A stretch of DNA of 64,000 nt. Origin: a virus. Below are positions 32,940-47,189 of this stretch, in pieces (position 1 is the stretch's first letter; every line of letters starts with the position of its first letter). The stretch lies in IMG/VR virus record IMGVR_UViG_3300031555_005516; one strand, written 5' to 3'. Both the position numbers and the translations under genes were made by a program. Under the pieces are notes generated by a model. The model saw only the letters and a program-made list of their open reading frames with translations. It was not told the DNA's origin and did no database searches.

Positions 32940-35900
32940 TTAAAATTTATCATCCTAATGCACATACTAAGTAGCTAGATTAATAAGGTCATTAAACGCC
33001 TCTTTAATCTCATCTTTGTCTGTCGCATTCGGGAACTCTGCTTGAATTGTAACATTTTGCTCAATTGGTTGAGAAGCTAATTGCTATAAGATAGAATTTT
33101 GTGAATTGCTAAATGGCATTCCAAAGCGGCCGATTTGCGCCATCATTGAAAGGTTAAGCTCACGAAGAATTGAAAGTGCGTCTAAGAAATTCTCAGTATC
33201 TTTTTTATTAAGAACCAATTCCTTTTCATGAAGCATTGCCATACGACCATCTGTGCCCCATTCACCAGTGTATCCACCAGTATCATATTTTTCTAGACCA
33301 TCAAATAATCCAGAATTTAATACTGCCCAATGGCCGTTCTCTGAATTCTTATTCTCATTTTTTAAAAATTCAATTGGAAGATAAAAAATTTCTCCATCTT
33401 TATCTCGCACTTGCACATATCCCCAACCTTCTGCATCTGTCCATATATCTGAACTTATAACCGTATATTTAGTGTTCTTCATATCTTTACCAGTATGATC
33501 AGAAACAGTAATAATATCTAATTCACCAGAACTATTATAGGTATGAATATTTCCTGTTCTCCAGCTTGCTACTCTATTTCCCTCTTCATCGAATCGGCTT
33601 CTTTCTGAATACAAATAAACTTCTTGATTAAATAAACTAGCAACCTCACTACTTGTTTTATTAGTTTTTCGTAGTCCACCAGTTCTAGTATTGTCAGGAC
33701 CAGGTCCAGAAATCTCTTCTTCCTCTTCTTTATTGCTTAATTTTCTTGCGTTTGCAATTGCAATATACATATCCCTAACTCGCTCAAGAGAAGCTTTAAG
33801 GATATCATATTGTCCAGCAAGAATAGATACCTCTGAATATTCAGTCTAATATTGTTTAATAACCGCATCCTATTTTTCTGATAATGTCTAATAAGAGCCG
33901 ATTAATCCAGAACTTGGATCAGCAGAACCAATTACAGTGGCCAATTCTTCTGCTCCAGTTTTCTATTTATCTAAATATTTATTAGAAATAGTAAGCATTG
34001 TATCCATTAAACTTTGATAACTATTATCAATACCATTTTTTGCTACCTCATTAATAATAGCATCGATATCTTTAGTCATCTAAAGAACAGTTCCTTGGGT
34101 CAGCTCAGAAAGATCTTTACCAAAAGTTGAAGCCGCTAACTCAGCAGATTCAAAAACATTGGTTCTAATTCTTATGCTTCTCTCTGCTAAATTCTAAATT
34201 TCTTTTTTACGCTTCTCAATCAATGCTAATTCTTCTGTGGTGTAAATACCATCTTCTCCGAATTTGCGAATTACATCCGCTAAATCCTACATTGCGCCCT
34301 AAAATTCATCAATAGAAGAAGTGTATTCATCTAGTTCCATATTATATAAAGCATCTTGAGCTTCTGTTAGTTTATTCTAAGCTTCAACAATTGCCGCCTA
34401 ATCAGCAACATATTGATAACTATAAGAGCCATCTGCGCCCCTCATTAAGCGCATTTGAGTTTTATTCTCTTGAGCTTCACGAAGCGCAATTTCGGCCTAA
34501 AGGATATCAAGCTTCTTTTGTGCATGTTGCACATCATACTCACTTAATTTCTCAATTTCTTCAAGTTGCGCCAATTCTTCTCTCTTAAGTTTATTAATCT
34601 GCTCTTGTGCACGAAGTGAAGTAGCTTCATTAGCCGCAGTATCAAATTGAACAGCAAGTTTATCTTTTTCGAACAAGCTCTATACAGAATCATAGTATTT
34701 ATCCATTTGAGATTTAGTCCAATCCCATTCACTGGTAAATAGCTCTGTATCTAAACTACCATAAACACTCTTATTAAAATTCTTTATAGCAATCTCTGTA
34801 TCATTCAGATATTTATCACGGCGCGCTTCCATTACCGAATACATCGCTTCTGCGCTTGCCTGTCCTGCTGCAGTATATTCTTCAATAATAGCTTCGCGTT
34901 CTTCGTCACTCATTGTAGTATCGTTAATTCTGCTATAGTTTGAAGCAGCTGCTGCAAATCTCTATTGAGTGCTTTCTTGAATAGCTAATGCATTATCAAG
35001 AGAAGAACTATAATAAGAATTTAACATCTCATACGCATCTTCGCCATAAATAAGCTCTATCATGCTTCTTTGAGTATCTAAAAGACCATTAATTTCTTCA
35101 AGATAAGAAATTTGTTTTTCATATCCCTCAGAAATTTTATTTAAAGCTGCAAGTCTCTATTGATCAATAGATTCTTCAATCTACTAAATCTCTTTTAACT
35201 TTTCTCCGTATTGAGAAGTTAATTCTTTTCTTTTCTCAAGCTTTGCTTCTGCAGAAATGTTTAAACTATCAATTTCTTTAAGAGCATCTTCAATAGTTGT
35301 AAGATCACTAATTGCGGTTTGATAATCTGTAATATAAGATTTAGTTATTTCTGAAAAATCTTCTTCATCAATAAATACTTCTCGTTTTAGTGCCTCAAAC
35401 TCTCTTTTTAATTCACCTTCATCTAAAGTAAATTCAATTTTATGTTCAAAACTAACAAGATTATTAGCTAACTCTTGAGCTTTCTTTTCATCTATAGCAT
35501 ACTTTGTTTTTCCAGAAGTAACTGGCTCCAAAATAGTTTCTAGATTACCAATCGCTGCAAGGTATAACTTATTAAGATTTTCATCAGCAGCTATTCCACG
35601 CTGAGCAAACATTTCTCTTATATTTAAAAGAGAATTCTAAGCACCTTCTTGAGTTGTTACATCTGTAATACCGAGTGCGTTCCAAAGCTCAGCTTCACTC
35701 ATAATATCAGCATTTGCATAGCCTGCTAATCGAGCAAGATCTTTTAACGCAGCCTCATAAGTAGTGTTGTTTTCTCCAGGGGTAAACGTTCTTTGCCTAT
35801 TGAGTTCTAGCTACTCAATCTTAGCTTGACGTTCAAGAAGCTTTATCTATTGTTGAATAACCTTATTCTATTCCTCAATATAATCTAGTCTATCTTGTCC

Positions 35901-38900
35901 ATACAAGGAATCTGCCACAGATGATAAGTGTGATAGTTTACTATCTAAATTAGAAATTAAATTAGAGATTTGATCCATCTCAGTTTTGAAGTTTTCAAGC
36001 GCCTTAGTTTCGAGTTTTACTCCTAATGAAATTTGTAATTCTTTTACCGTATCTTTAAAGGCTTTTTCATCAAACTCGTCTCCTAAAACTGTTGAAGCTA
36101 GTCCTTGAGCTTCTGCTACTCGTTCATCAAACTCTTCTTGAGAATCTGCGCTTCTAATCCACTGATCAATATATTCGTTTAATTTTTCAGTATCTGGTTT
36201 AACATCACTTGATTCAAGGTCTTTTTTAACATCAGCAACAAAAGCGCAATCTCCACCATCTTCTGGCACTTTTAATGATTCCGACTCTGGGGGAAGTCCG
36301 TCTAATTCTTGTGAATATTTGGTATAAAGCTCACTATTTAACGCGCCAATAGCAGATAACTAATATAACCATTGAGCAATATCAGATTTTTTTACATATT
36401 TATTATCGACTCCAAGAGCTTCATTTCGTTCTTTGGCTGCTTGATTAGCGATTGCGTTAGTAAGCTGTGCATAGTTAGCTTCAACATTATTTGCATAATA
36501 TCCTCCAGATGATGTCGTATTTTTAAACCATTTTTTTATTTCTTCTTCTGTAAATTCCTATTGTAATTCATCATAAGTAAATGATGTTGAATCTCCAGCG
36601 GGGTCTAAATCAATGATAAAATTCTTTCCGCCAACCTATTCCGTCATATCATTCCAAGCATCACCATTATCTCGCCAGTTATCGCCATATGTTTTAGTAT
36701 AAACAAAATCTATTACTTTATTTAATCCTTTATATTCATCAAGAGTAAGTGCTCCCTATAACACCGCATGAGTTTGTGATTCAGAAAAACCTTCAGTTTT
36801 ATTAAGATCTTTTCCTGTTAAACTAGCATTTTCATATCCTTTTACCTTAATTATTTCATCAAGCGTTTTAATTTTAGAAGCAGAAATTCCATCGTCGGAA
36901 TCAGGTATCGTATTAAAAACAAAATCATTTAAAATTTTATCATACTCTTCGTCAAAAGTCCTAATAGACTCAATTTCAGTCTTAATAGCTGCTTCTATTT
37001 TTCTTTCTTCCAAGTCATCAATAGTCTTAGCAAAATCAGTAGAGGCAGTTATCAATCTATAAGTGCCATCTTCCATTTGAGTAAAATACTTAGAGATAGC
37101 TGTTCCATACATCTCAATAAGATGCTAATAATTATCCATATCTAACGATGCTTGCTCTTCATTTAATGACTCAAGAATGCTTGCAGTTTCTTTCCACGCT
37201 TCCTTGGAAATCACCATCTAATCATTAGCACGAGATAAAGCATACGCAATCGCAAAACCTTCTCCACTAGTATAATCTAAAACTTTACCAACTTTTTCCA
37301 TTTCTGCAGAAAAGTCTGCAAGTAAAGTCTCTGATTCCCAGTTCATATTAGTAAGCACAGATTCTGCATCTGCATCAGTCATCTTACTAAATATAGACTC
37401 TGCTGCTTTAGCTGCTTGTTTTCCACCGAATAATTCGATTTTAGTTAATGCTTTACCAAAAGCTCTAATCTAAGAGGCACTAAAATTATTCCAAATGTTA
37501 GACCATTCGCCATTATCATTGAAAATCTTATTAATAGCATCATAAGTGCTTTCACCCCAGTTTTCTACTGTGGCAATATTTTCCTAATATATTTTAGCTT
37601 CCTCAATAGTTTTTCCAAGCGCTTTTTTTGCCTCACTTGATAAATTTAATTCATCAGCCCTTTCCCATATCTTTTGTAGTTCATCAATAGTGGCATTATT
37701 AAACTCTTCAATATTTTCAGCTAAAATTTCTTTATTAGAAGCCAAAAGTGATTTTAAAATATCTGTTCCTTCTAAAGAAATACCTTTTACAATTGCGTTA
37801 AGCTATTTCTTGTATTCTAATGCATTTACTTCACTAGAGGCAGTATTTTTTACTTCTGTGGTGGCCTATTGGCGAGCTATTGTTTCATAGCTCATTGATA
37901 CCCATTCGCCATTAGCGTTTTTATATTTAAAATTAGCTCCGCCTGTTTCTTTAATATCGTCCTTGGTTAAAGTAATTCCCTAAGATTCTGCCCACTAGAT
38001 AATGAGATCTTTATTATTCCCCTTCTTTTTCATTATCTATTCGGCGCGTTTACTTATCGCCTCTTCTTCTGCAGCATAATCGGTAGCTGATGCAGTCATA
38101 CCTCCCATTGCAGCCGCATCTTCTACAGAATATCCTTGAGACAAATATCTTTGACGATAAAACTCAGTATCTTGCATGAGCTTTAACTCATTTGCTTTTC
38201 TTATCTCCTAAGCTAAAGCATTTATTTCACTGGTATTACTCAATAAGGCTCTTTCTGCATTTGTTAACTCTTCAACATTCTTGTCTAACAATTCTGCGAG
38301 ATGCTTAGAGCTATTCTGTAAATATCCATTTAAGTCTTTCTCTTCTGACTCTGCTAATTTGTTTACTACTTTTATTAAAGCCTCTTCTGTATCATTTTCT
38401 TCTTCTTCTTCAAGGTATGTAGAAAATCCTCCTCCAAAGGCTCCAAGTCCTAATCCAGCAATAATTGGAACTGCTAATCCACCAGTTGCTAACCCAAAAA
38501 TACCACCCAGCGCAAGAGAAATTGCTACTGTTGCCCCAGTCCCCAATTCTGAAAGTTCATTCAAATAATTAAGCTCGCCTGCAAGACTTTCTTGTTTTGC
38601 AGCAATTTCTGCTGCCTATTTAGTCTCATCTGCTACTATTTTAGAGTTTTGAGCTTTATATCTTTGGTTTAACAATTCTCTTTCAACTTTTAACTAACTT
38701 TCTGAGTCTAGGGTTAATACTCCATTTTCATAATAGCCATTTTTAGCTATTTCTGGGTATGTTTCAATAAGCTACCTAGTTTCAGCATTAATATCAGCAA
38801 CCGCTTTTTCCCATTCAACACTACCTTCTGTTAAATCCTTTAAAGAATCCTTTAAAGAAGAAATATTAGAAAGTGAATTTGATAAATTGTCATAGGCTTC

Positions 38901-41900
38901 GGTTACTTTGTTTAAATTAGACTCGGCCTATTTTGCTGCTTCTGAAGCCGCTTTAAAATTGGCTTCTTGCTAATCATACAAAGAGGTAACAAGCTTAGAA
39001 GTTAAAGTTGCTCCTATATATGCTGCGGCGGCCGCCGCTAAGGCGCCTCCACCAACATTTAAAACTTTACCTGCTGCTGTTGTTGGAGCTTTTTTTGATT
39101 TAAAGAGATTAAAAGATTTTTTATTATCGTTTATATTTTGCTCAGTATCTTTAAGCAAAGCTTCTTTAGCAAGCTCTTCATTATTCTTTTTTCTTGCCGC
39201 AGCTTCCTTCAATGTGTTTGCAATTGCTTTTCTCTGTTCATCATTAAGATCGTTCTAAAGACTTTTTAGTGATTTTAACCAAAATGCCTAGTCAGTCATT
39301 TCTTCGGTAACTTCGTCCTGTGTTTTAGCATAAAACATATCAGTTATCGCAGAAGCGGCTGTAGCGCCTGTTGAAGCAGTAGTTGCAGCAGTTTTCTTAG
39401 AAATTGCAGCTGTTATCATTGTAATGGTAGGAAGAAGCATACTTAAAGAGGAGCCTACATTGGTTATTGTCTAAAATATTTTTTCCCCTAGTTCTAAATC
39501 TTGATTATTCCAAATGTCTCCTAAATTAATTAAATTTCGAAGTGCATTACCAGCCATTGCAATATTGGAAGTTAAATTAACAAACTATTTTATCTTTAAC
39601 TCTAGCTAAGCTTTTGAAAGAGCATTTCTTAAAGCCTCTCCAAGACCTTCTGCTTGAGCCTTTGCTTTTCCAACTCCATCAGTTATACCCTTATCTATAT
39701 CAGTAGATAAATTTTTAACTTCTTTTCTACCTTCTGCTATTGCTTTTTGCAGTGTCGCCTCATATTCTTCATATAAATGTGATAATTTTTCTGGATCTTT
39801 TAAGAGCTCTCCTCTTTTACTAGTGTCATCAAGTAAATTTCTAATGCTATTAGCTCTTTTAGTTAAATCTCCTCTGCTTGCTCCGCCAAGTAAATTTGCA
39901 TCTTCTAATTTTTTAGCTTCTTTATCAAGTTCTTCAAACTTCGACTTAATTTTTTCAATCTAATCTTCTTGATTACTATGAGCTTTATTTATATCTTCAA
40001 TAGACTGTTTAAACTTATTTGATGAAGCAGTTAATTCTTTAATTTTAATATCAATAGATTCTAGTTCCTCTTTACTGCCTAAAGACGACACTTCTTGTAA
40101 ATGACTGTTAATAAAACTACTATATTCATTTTGCAATTTTTGCAATATCGCCATTTCTTCAGAGTCAAGATGTTCTTTTGATAATAATTTAGAAATTCTA
40201 GCTTCATAATTTTCAAATTTTTTTCCTTCAGTCGTATCAGTGTAAAAAGTTTTTAAAGATTCTGTTTTTTCCACAAGTTTCTCAAACTATCGCTTAGAAT
40301 CTATAATGGTTCTACTATATTTTTCCTAATTAGCAATAGTGGTCTAAATACCCTTAGTAAATTCTTTATTTTTATTATCAATATCATCTATATTATTTTT
40401 AATTGAAATCAATGCGTCATTAATTTCTTTATAAGCATTTGCTGCACCACTCTTTGCAAGAGCTGCGTTTTTATCTCCGATAGAAGATTTAATGGCTTCT
40501 TCCGATAATCCTTTGGAGCTTAACTCATCTCCAAAAGTATAGACTCTGTCGAAATATTTTTCTCTTTTCGCTTTATCTTTAGCTATATTATGATTACCTT
40601 TTTCTGCTAAGCCTGCATCTGTTAAAACTCCTAATCTATCTTTAGTTTTTTCTCTATTTTCTTTTTTTCTTTCAATTTCTGAAATCGCATCTCCATACTC
40701 TGTAACACTTGCAGACATTGAATTAAATTCTTCTATTGTTATAACACCTTGTTGTCGCAAAAGCACCAAAGTGCGTCTTAAATCATTAATTTTTTTATCA
40801 GCTTCGGTCAAACTGTCTAAGGATCCTATTTCATTTATCCCCTAGAGCACCGATTTTAATGTTGTTGCTTCTTGGCCTGCATTTTTAAGGTTTGTTACAA
40901 AAGTTGTTAAGCCTGTTGCAATAGAACCTGAAAATACTCTAGTTAAAATAGGAATAAGCGACATCAATAAATTACCACCGCCGCCAATAGACTCTATAAA
41001 GCTACCAAATTTATCAACTATTTCAGTTAATACATCAAGTAAGTCATTGGCACTATCAGGATCTAACAATGCTTGATAAACGCGCTCGCCGGCAGTTCTA
41101 AGTTGCTCCATATGCGCTTCAATAGATTCCATATAAGTGTCCTATTGTTTCTGCAATGTTCCAGCTGCATTTACAGAGGTTTTCATTGCTTGCTCATACA
41201 TATTCCAGTTATCAAACAGCGCTAAAAGATTATTATATTGTCTGGTACCAGCCATAGTCTGAGAAAGAGCAATTTGTTGCTCACGAGACATTTGATTCCA
41301 TTTATTACCAATTTCCTCAATTACGTCTCCTTGATCACGAAGTTTGCCATTTGTATCAAGGACATTTATACCCATTGATTGCATCTATTTCGTATACTCA
41401 CCAAGAGTAGCTTCATCGCTTATGCCAGCTTCAATATCGCCAATACGCGCAAATACAGTTTTAAATGCAGTACCAACTGACTCAGGCGCCTGACGCGTTA
41501 CAGAAACAGCAGTTGCTAACATTGCATTTAACTGGTCAATATCTACTCCCATTGTATTAGCTGCAGAAGCAACTTTTGACATACCAGTTGAAAGTTCTTC
41601 AAGGTCGGCCGCCGTAGTTGCAGCAACGGCCGCAAGTTTATCTACATATAACTCAGCTTCTTGCGCCTATACCTTGTAACCATTCCAAACGGCAGTTAAC
41701 TATTCAGATACAACATCTGCAGACTAACCCGTTACGTTTGCCGCCTTTAATGTCGTTTCGGTTCTAGATTTTACCTATGCATCATCAAGACCCTATTGAT
41801 AGTAAATAAGAGAAGCATCCGTATAATCTCTAGTGCTTTTACCTAACTCTTTTGCGGCTTTATTTGCCTAGCGCGCAAACTATGCCATCGAATCCGCGCT

Positions 41901-42443
41901 TTTATCGGTTACTATCATTATATTATTTAATGATTCATCAAGCTACTTTGTATAGCTCCAAGCTTTTTGAACAGAACCTGTTACAGTATTAATTGCATTT
42001 GATGCAATACTCCATTTTACAGTGTTCATTAAGGTGGTGCCCATTGCCTTAAGTAAATCATGAGATTCTCTTAAAGGTAATTTCGTTGAAGAAATTGCAG
42101 TAGCTAAATTTCTAAACGCTATTGTACCTTCAGCGCCAGCCTCTGCCATTTTTGCTTTTACCTAAGATAAAGTTCCTACATTTTCATTTAATTTCTTTTT
42201 AAAAGTATCAATATTATAGGTGTTTAATGCAGGGTTAAAACTTTGCTAAAGAGCAGCTTCTACTTGGCCAGCCATTTCTTTAATTTCACGTAATTTAGCC
42301 TATGCTTTCCCTTTAGAATCTACATTTACTAAATCTCTAGTTTGCATATTCTATAAACTTGCTAAAGAAGCCTTAAGCTAATTTAAACCAGACTAATCTA
42401 CATTAAAACCAATGCCAAAAGTAATTCTTCCCTAATTAGCCAT
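32940..42443 (-). CDS. Tail tape measure protein (~3167 aa), heavily TAG-recoded
   Basis: ATG at 42441-42443 with RBS 'caaggaggaatatttaaATG'. Fourteen track fragments from 41943..42149 down to 33084..33770 share a frame. I translated 33771-34200 and 32940-33084: 9 in-frame TAGs, no TAA/TGA, continuous sense. The TP901-type TMP core is recognisable ('MGVDIDQLNAMLATAVSVTRQAPESVGTAFKTVFARIGD', 'INVLDTNGKLRDQGDVIEEIGNKWNQMSREQQIALSQTMAGTRQYNNLLALF'), as are Gly-zipper TM segments and long coiled coils. TAA at 32940-32942. Confidence 0.75.
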
Positions 42444-42546
42444 TTAAATATTCCTCCTTGTTTCTCTTTTGTATTTCCATACCTATAGAAATACCCTTAT
42501 TATTAATATAATAATAAGGGTAAATATATTTTCTTATTTAGTCCAA

Positions 42547-43080
42547 TTAATTAATAGGTCTATTTCCATTCGCCGCTTGAACAAATTCCATTATTTTTTG
42601 AAATTGTGCAGGATCAAAGTTCTCTATAATACCCTTAGCAGTCTCCGCATTAACTGGCAAATTCTCAATAAAATTATTGATAACGGAAGCCAAGGTATTC
42701 TTGTGATTCATTTTATTCCACATTGTTTGATCAAGAGTTGACTCAAGATAAGTAAGCTCGCTTTCAGGAATAGCATTTCTAACTGCATCAATAATGCCAG
42801 CACTCTTAAGAATATTATAAACTTCATCCATATTATTTTCAAGCATTTCATTATCAAATTCAATATCTGTATAAAGTATAGTTAAATACATATTAAAATA
42901 CATATGTAATTTAATTAAATTATATACTCCATTCTCTTCGCTATTCTAAAGAGCTATTGAAATAAGGTCATTCTTATCTTTAATTGGTAAATAATTTAAT
43001 ACATTAATAATAATATTATCATTAAAATTAATAGTATTAACATTATTATTAATAGATAAATTCATTTCTGTAAAATTCAT
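42547..43080 (-). CDS. Acidic tail-assembly-chaperone-like protein (~177 aa, TAG-recoded)
   Basis: RBS 'aaaaggagataataatATG' at 43080. Contains fragment 42547..42903. Acidic C-terminus. TAA at 42547-42549. Sits in the chaperone position between the major tail protein and the TMP. Confidence 0.4.
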
Positions 43081-43104
43081 ATTATTATCTCCTTTTATCT
43101 CGAC

Positions 43105-44826
43105 TTAGTTTTCTTAATTATATTATAATAAAAAATTTTTAAGAAGTCAAGTAATTTTATTATTAATTAAACTTCTTATATGATCATTAGTTAAAGCTAT
43201 ACTTAAAATTGTTAATCTAGCTTCTCCTAAGACTTTTGTATGACGAGCAGAAATTGCTGCGCCAATCTTACTCTTCTCTTCTAACTCCCAGTCTTTTGGA
43301 TCTACTTCTTCGTTTGCTTTTTGTAATTCCTAAGATATACTTTGCAAAGACGGAGAAAATAATACCACATCTTCTGGATTTTCATTTTTTAATAATGACT
43401 ATATAATTGAACCAATGCTAAAAAAATGAACCCTATTACTACCATCAGGTAATTTATTACTGGTATCATAAATATATAGTAATCCAGCATTGCCTTCTTT
43501 TTTTAGAATATCTCCTGTTAATGCAGTATAGACCAAGAAGATAGTTAAGGCCTTGTCTGCTTCATCGGTTAAGGATCCTGTCGCATAAGCATTTAAAAAA
43601 TGGGTTCCAGTTTTATCTATAATTTCTTGGGCTTTTAATAAGTAAGCCAATAAATTAGTTCCACTTTGTAAAGTTACCTATGCGGGAATATACTCTCCTT
43701 TTTTATTAGTGTATCCTGTTTTACTTAAATCAATAGCTTTTGAACTTACCCCTATATTATTGCCATCTACACTTATAGAAAAGTCAGCTTTGTTTTTAGT
43801 ATCATAATTTAACTCCAATGTAAGAGTGCCATCAGCAAGTTTTGTAACATAATTTTTATATTTATCTTTTTGTAATTCGTATTTATTAAAAACAATATCA
43901 TCTATTTTAAAGTTCATAGATGAAGTGGACTAGCCTTTAGTAATATTCTAATTATTCAATATATATTTTATATTGTTTAAAAACCCATCCATTGTTTCAT
44001 TTGCTATATCCTATAAAAGCGGTGCGCCAATTGTTCCCAGAACTTCTTCTGTTGCTCCCAAGATATTACTCATAACAGAACTTAGTCTTGCGGTTTTAGA
44101 AATTGAAATAATTTCATTATTAATAATTCTATTCATAGGTGCGCTTATTGCTACTTTACCTTTGTCTAAAAAAACTTGTCCTTCTCCTAATAAACCAGTA
44201 ATTTTATTATCGTTAATTGAATAAAAAGATCGTAAACTATTTCCTTCTTTTAAAGCCTGCTATTTTATACGATATAAAGAAGCAGCTAAAAAATTTAATC
44301 TATCTCTTAAAAGATTTTTTGTATTCTAATCTTGTAGCATTTTTATCATTTGATGACCAATCTTTATATGAGATAAAAGAGTATCGATATAAGAAAAATT
44401 AATTTTACTAGAAATATTAGGAATTGTAATTCTTTGTGTTGTATCTGCTTTTTCAAAAATTTCATTTAATTTTAAAGTATTATTGTTTTCATTTACTGTG
44501 AGCCATTTTGCTATATCATTTGGATTAAATTTTTTTAGCTCTGCTGCTTTTAAAACAGCTTCAATAAACTTAGTATAGTCTGCAGGAGTTTTAGCTAAAA
44601 TTTTTAAAGCTTCTATTTTTCTTTTTCTTTCTTCATTAAAAGTTTCTTCAAGCTAACGCAATCTTGTTTCATCATTTAAATAATGAGTTGCACGATTCTA
44701 AATTTGATTAGCAAACCTCTAAAAAGCTTCTTTTCCATCATTACTATTATTATCGGTATTTCTAAAAGTACCATGCTCTAAATAGTTTTCTCTATGTAAA
44801 TGAATGTAATCACTTAATGCACTCAT
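43105..44826 (-). CDS. Hypothetical protein (~573 aa), TAG-recoded
   Basis: ATG at 44824-44826 after RBS 'aaggaggtaaaaATG'. Codon-by-codon scan of 43918-44826 gave 7 in-frame TAGs and no TAA/TGA. Joins fragments 43678..43917 and 43399..43650. First true stop is TAA at 43105-43107. Confidence 0.4.
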
Positions 44827-44848
44827 TTTTACCTCCTTAAATAAAAGG

Positions 44849-44876
44849 CGGCACCGATTGGCGCCGCCTTCCTACC
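44849..44876 (-). terminator. Terminator after the major tail protein gene
   Basis: 'aaggcggcgcc-aatc-ggtgccgcctt' followed by a T-run on the minus strand. Confidence 0.55.
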
Positions 44877-44892
44877 ATTAATTATTTAATAA

Positions 44893-45795
44893 TTATACTA
44901 TTGAGTTATCGTCTGCAAAGTTATCTTCACTATTAACAGGGAATACTGTCTTAATATCCTCGATATCAGAAGTATCTTCAACGATCTGAATTGCGCAAAG
45001 AACTTTACGAGTAGGTTCAAAATAGGTATATCCAGGCATTGCATCCATTGTGAATGTAAATGTTGAAGGATCTCCCGTAGAAGCCATAGAGAATGTAAAG
45101 TTAGACTGAATCTTAACATTAGGGAATGTAATTTCAGCAGGCATATCCTTACCATTGTCTTGACGTCTAAAGAGCGTACTAGCCTCTACGTAGTAGTAAC
45201 CAGCAAAGTTTTCCGCATCTATTTGAAGCTCAGAAACCTTATCGCTTGTCTTCTCAATATAATAATCTACAAAACAAGCTCCCTTTACGCCAGTAGCAGT
45301 AACAGTTTTAGCATCTGCTTCCTCTCCTTTAACACCAAGAACAGGTTTACCATTTAAAGATCCATCTGCTGCAACAGGAAGAACATAAATCTTCGCATCT
45401 GGATCAGAACTAAAGCTATCTGCGCCAAGAGCATCAGCAAGATCAATCTTACCATCATCATCTGCATAAGCCATAGTTGTGGTATGAACATTTACCTTCT
45501 CTGCATCTGTTCCTTTTAAAAGACCAGCTCCAGAAAGAATTGCAAATCCCATAGGAGAAAGAAGTGCATCTTCAACAGTAAATGTAAGAGTTTTTTCGCC
45601 TTCCCAAGCAATTAAACGAGTATTTCCGCGGCCACCCTGAGCATATACTGTAGTAGCTGCGCCCTCAATTGTAGATGTCTTAGCAGAGTCAATATAAAGA
45701 ACAGGTTGTCCAGGTTGGAACTCAATTCCACCAATTTTGACTTTTGCTTTAGCCTTAAATACGACATCGCATATTTCGCGTACACCAAACTTCAT
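44893..45795 (-). CDS. Major tail (tube) protein
   Basis: Intact 300-aa ORF, beta-rich/Ig-like with high predicted expression. Its own terminator follows, and it sits immediately upstream of the chaperone-TMP block. Confidence 0.5.
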   Translation of the reverse strand: MKFGVREICDVVFKAKAKVKIGGIEFQPGQPVLYIDSAKTSTIEGAATTVYAQGGRGNTRLIAWEGEKTLTFTVEDALLSPMGFAILSGAGLLKGTDAEKVNVHTTTMAYADDDGKIDLADALGADSFSSDPDAKIYVLPVAADGSLNGKPVLGVKGEEADAKTVTATGVKGACFVDYYIEKTSDKVSELQIDAENFAGYYYVEASTLFRRQDNGKDMPAEITFPNVKIQSNFTFSMASTGDPSTFTFTMDAMPGYTYFEPTRKVLCAIQIVEDTSDIEDIKTVFPVNSEDNFADDNSIV

Positions 45796-46595
45796 ATGTT
45801 TGTGTCCTCCTTAAAGTTATTTTTTAAGTAAAATACTATAAACCTTATTCATGGATGTCTTTCATCCAATCTTCAGGCTCTTTCATATCTTTTGCCCCAG
45901 CCATTCGCGCTTTAAAATAAATATCATAACCCATTTTAAGCTAAAAACGCTAGAACTCGTCAAAAAGTTGATAAACAGTGTACTTCATAAAAGAATTCAT
46001 ATCTTTATGCTCTCCAACTGTTAGTATAGAAATATATCTACTAAAGATTGAGATTTTTTTATCAGACTTTGGAGATAACTCGGCAAGCTATTGTTGTCTG
46101 CGTTTAAACTTTTCTGCAATCTTTTTCGCTAATTCTCCCTACACATTATAATCTTGTGTAGAAGAAGTCTATTTCAAACAAAATATCTCTGAAATGACTT
46201 CTTTAAACTAAAGAAAATTAATATCATTAATTTGTCCACATAGCGTAAATTTATCATTTACATCAAGTAGTAAAATTTCTTTTTGATTAATCACTACTTC
46301 ATATTGCGGAAAAATTAACTATAATACTTGTTTTGCATCAGATACATTAGATTTAACTGAGGCACTGTTATCATTCATTATTGACATTAATATATTAAAA
46401 TCTGTATAATTAGATAATCTAGTTTTGTCCTCAGTTGATAATATATCTTTTGAAAACCGTAATAATTCACAGCCTGAAAATAATGCTTCTTCTCCAATTA
46501 ATGAAATTTCATAAATAGTGGGCTAATGAATTGTTGCGGTACCTTCGATAAAAGGGATATCTGCTCCAGAGAGTAAAAGTAAATTATTTTTCATT

Positions 46596-47169
46596 TATTA
46601 TCTAGTCATCTGATCCATGAATAGCCCTATATGATAATAAATATCCAGAAAAGTCTTGATTAATAACTAATTCTTTACATCCTAGAAAATTAAACTCTCC
46701 TATTCCAGAAAGCTTGCTTCTATTTAAAATACCATCTATATAGCCAGCTATCTTTAAAGGACGCATTTGAAAATTTCCTAAATCCCAATGCTTGGTATGA
46801 CATATAATATCAAAATTTACAGTACAATCTCTAAATTCAGGATTGTTTGCGTTAGGTGTAAAATGATCAAAACTTAATATAATATAAGACTTTATTTCTT
46901 CATGTTCGTAAAAAGGTAGACGAGGTTCAAGAACTATATATCCATCTTCTCTTAGCTTTGCTACGGACATAGAATCAATTTTTTGCTTATATTCAATATT
47001 TTCAAAATTACTAATACAATCTTTAACCGGTAGCACTAATAATCTTTTTAAAATATCGCTATAAGGTCTGCTTTCAACAAAAAGTTTTCGCAATATCAAT
47101 TCAGTGTCTTTTTCACAAGATAAAAATGAAGATGTAATAGGCTATGTTAAAACTAAATCTCTCTTCATA
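46596..47169 (-). CDS. Hypothetical head-tail joining/tail completion protein (TAG-recoded)
   Basis: RBS 'aaaaggagcgtattATG'. Contains fragment 46602..47099. Confidence 0.3.
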
Positions 47170-47189
47170 ATACGCTCCTTTTATCTCAC

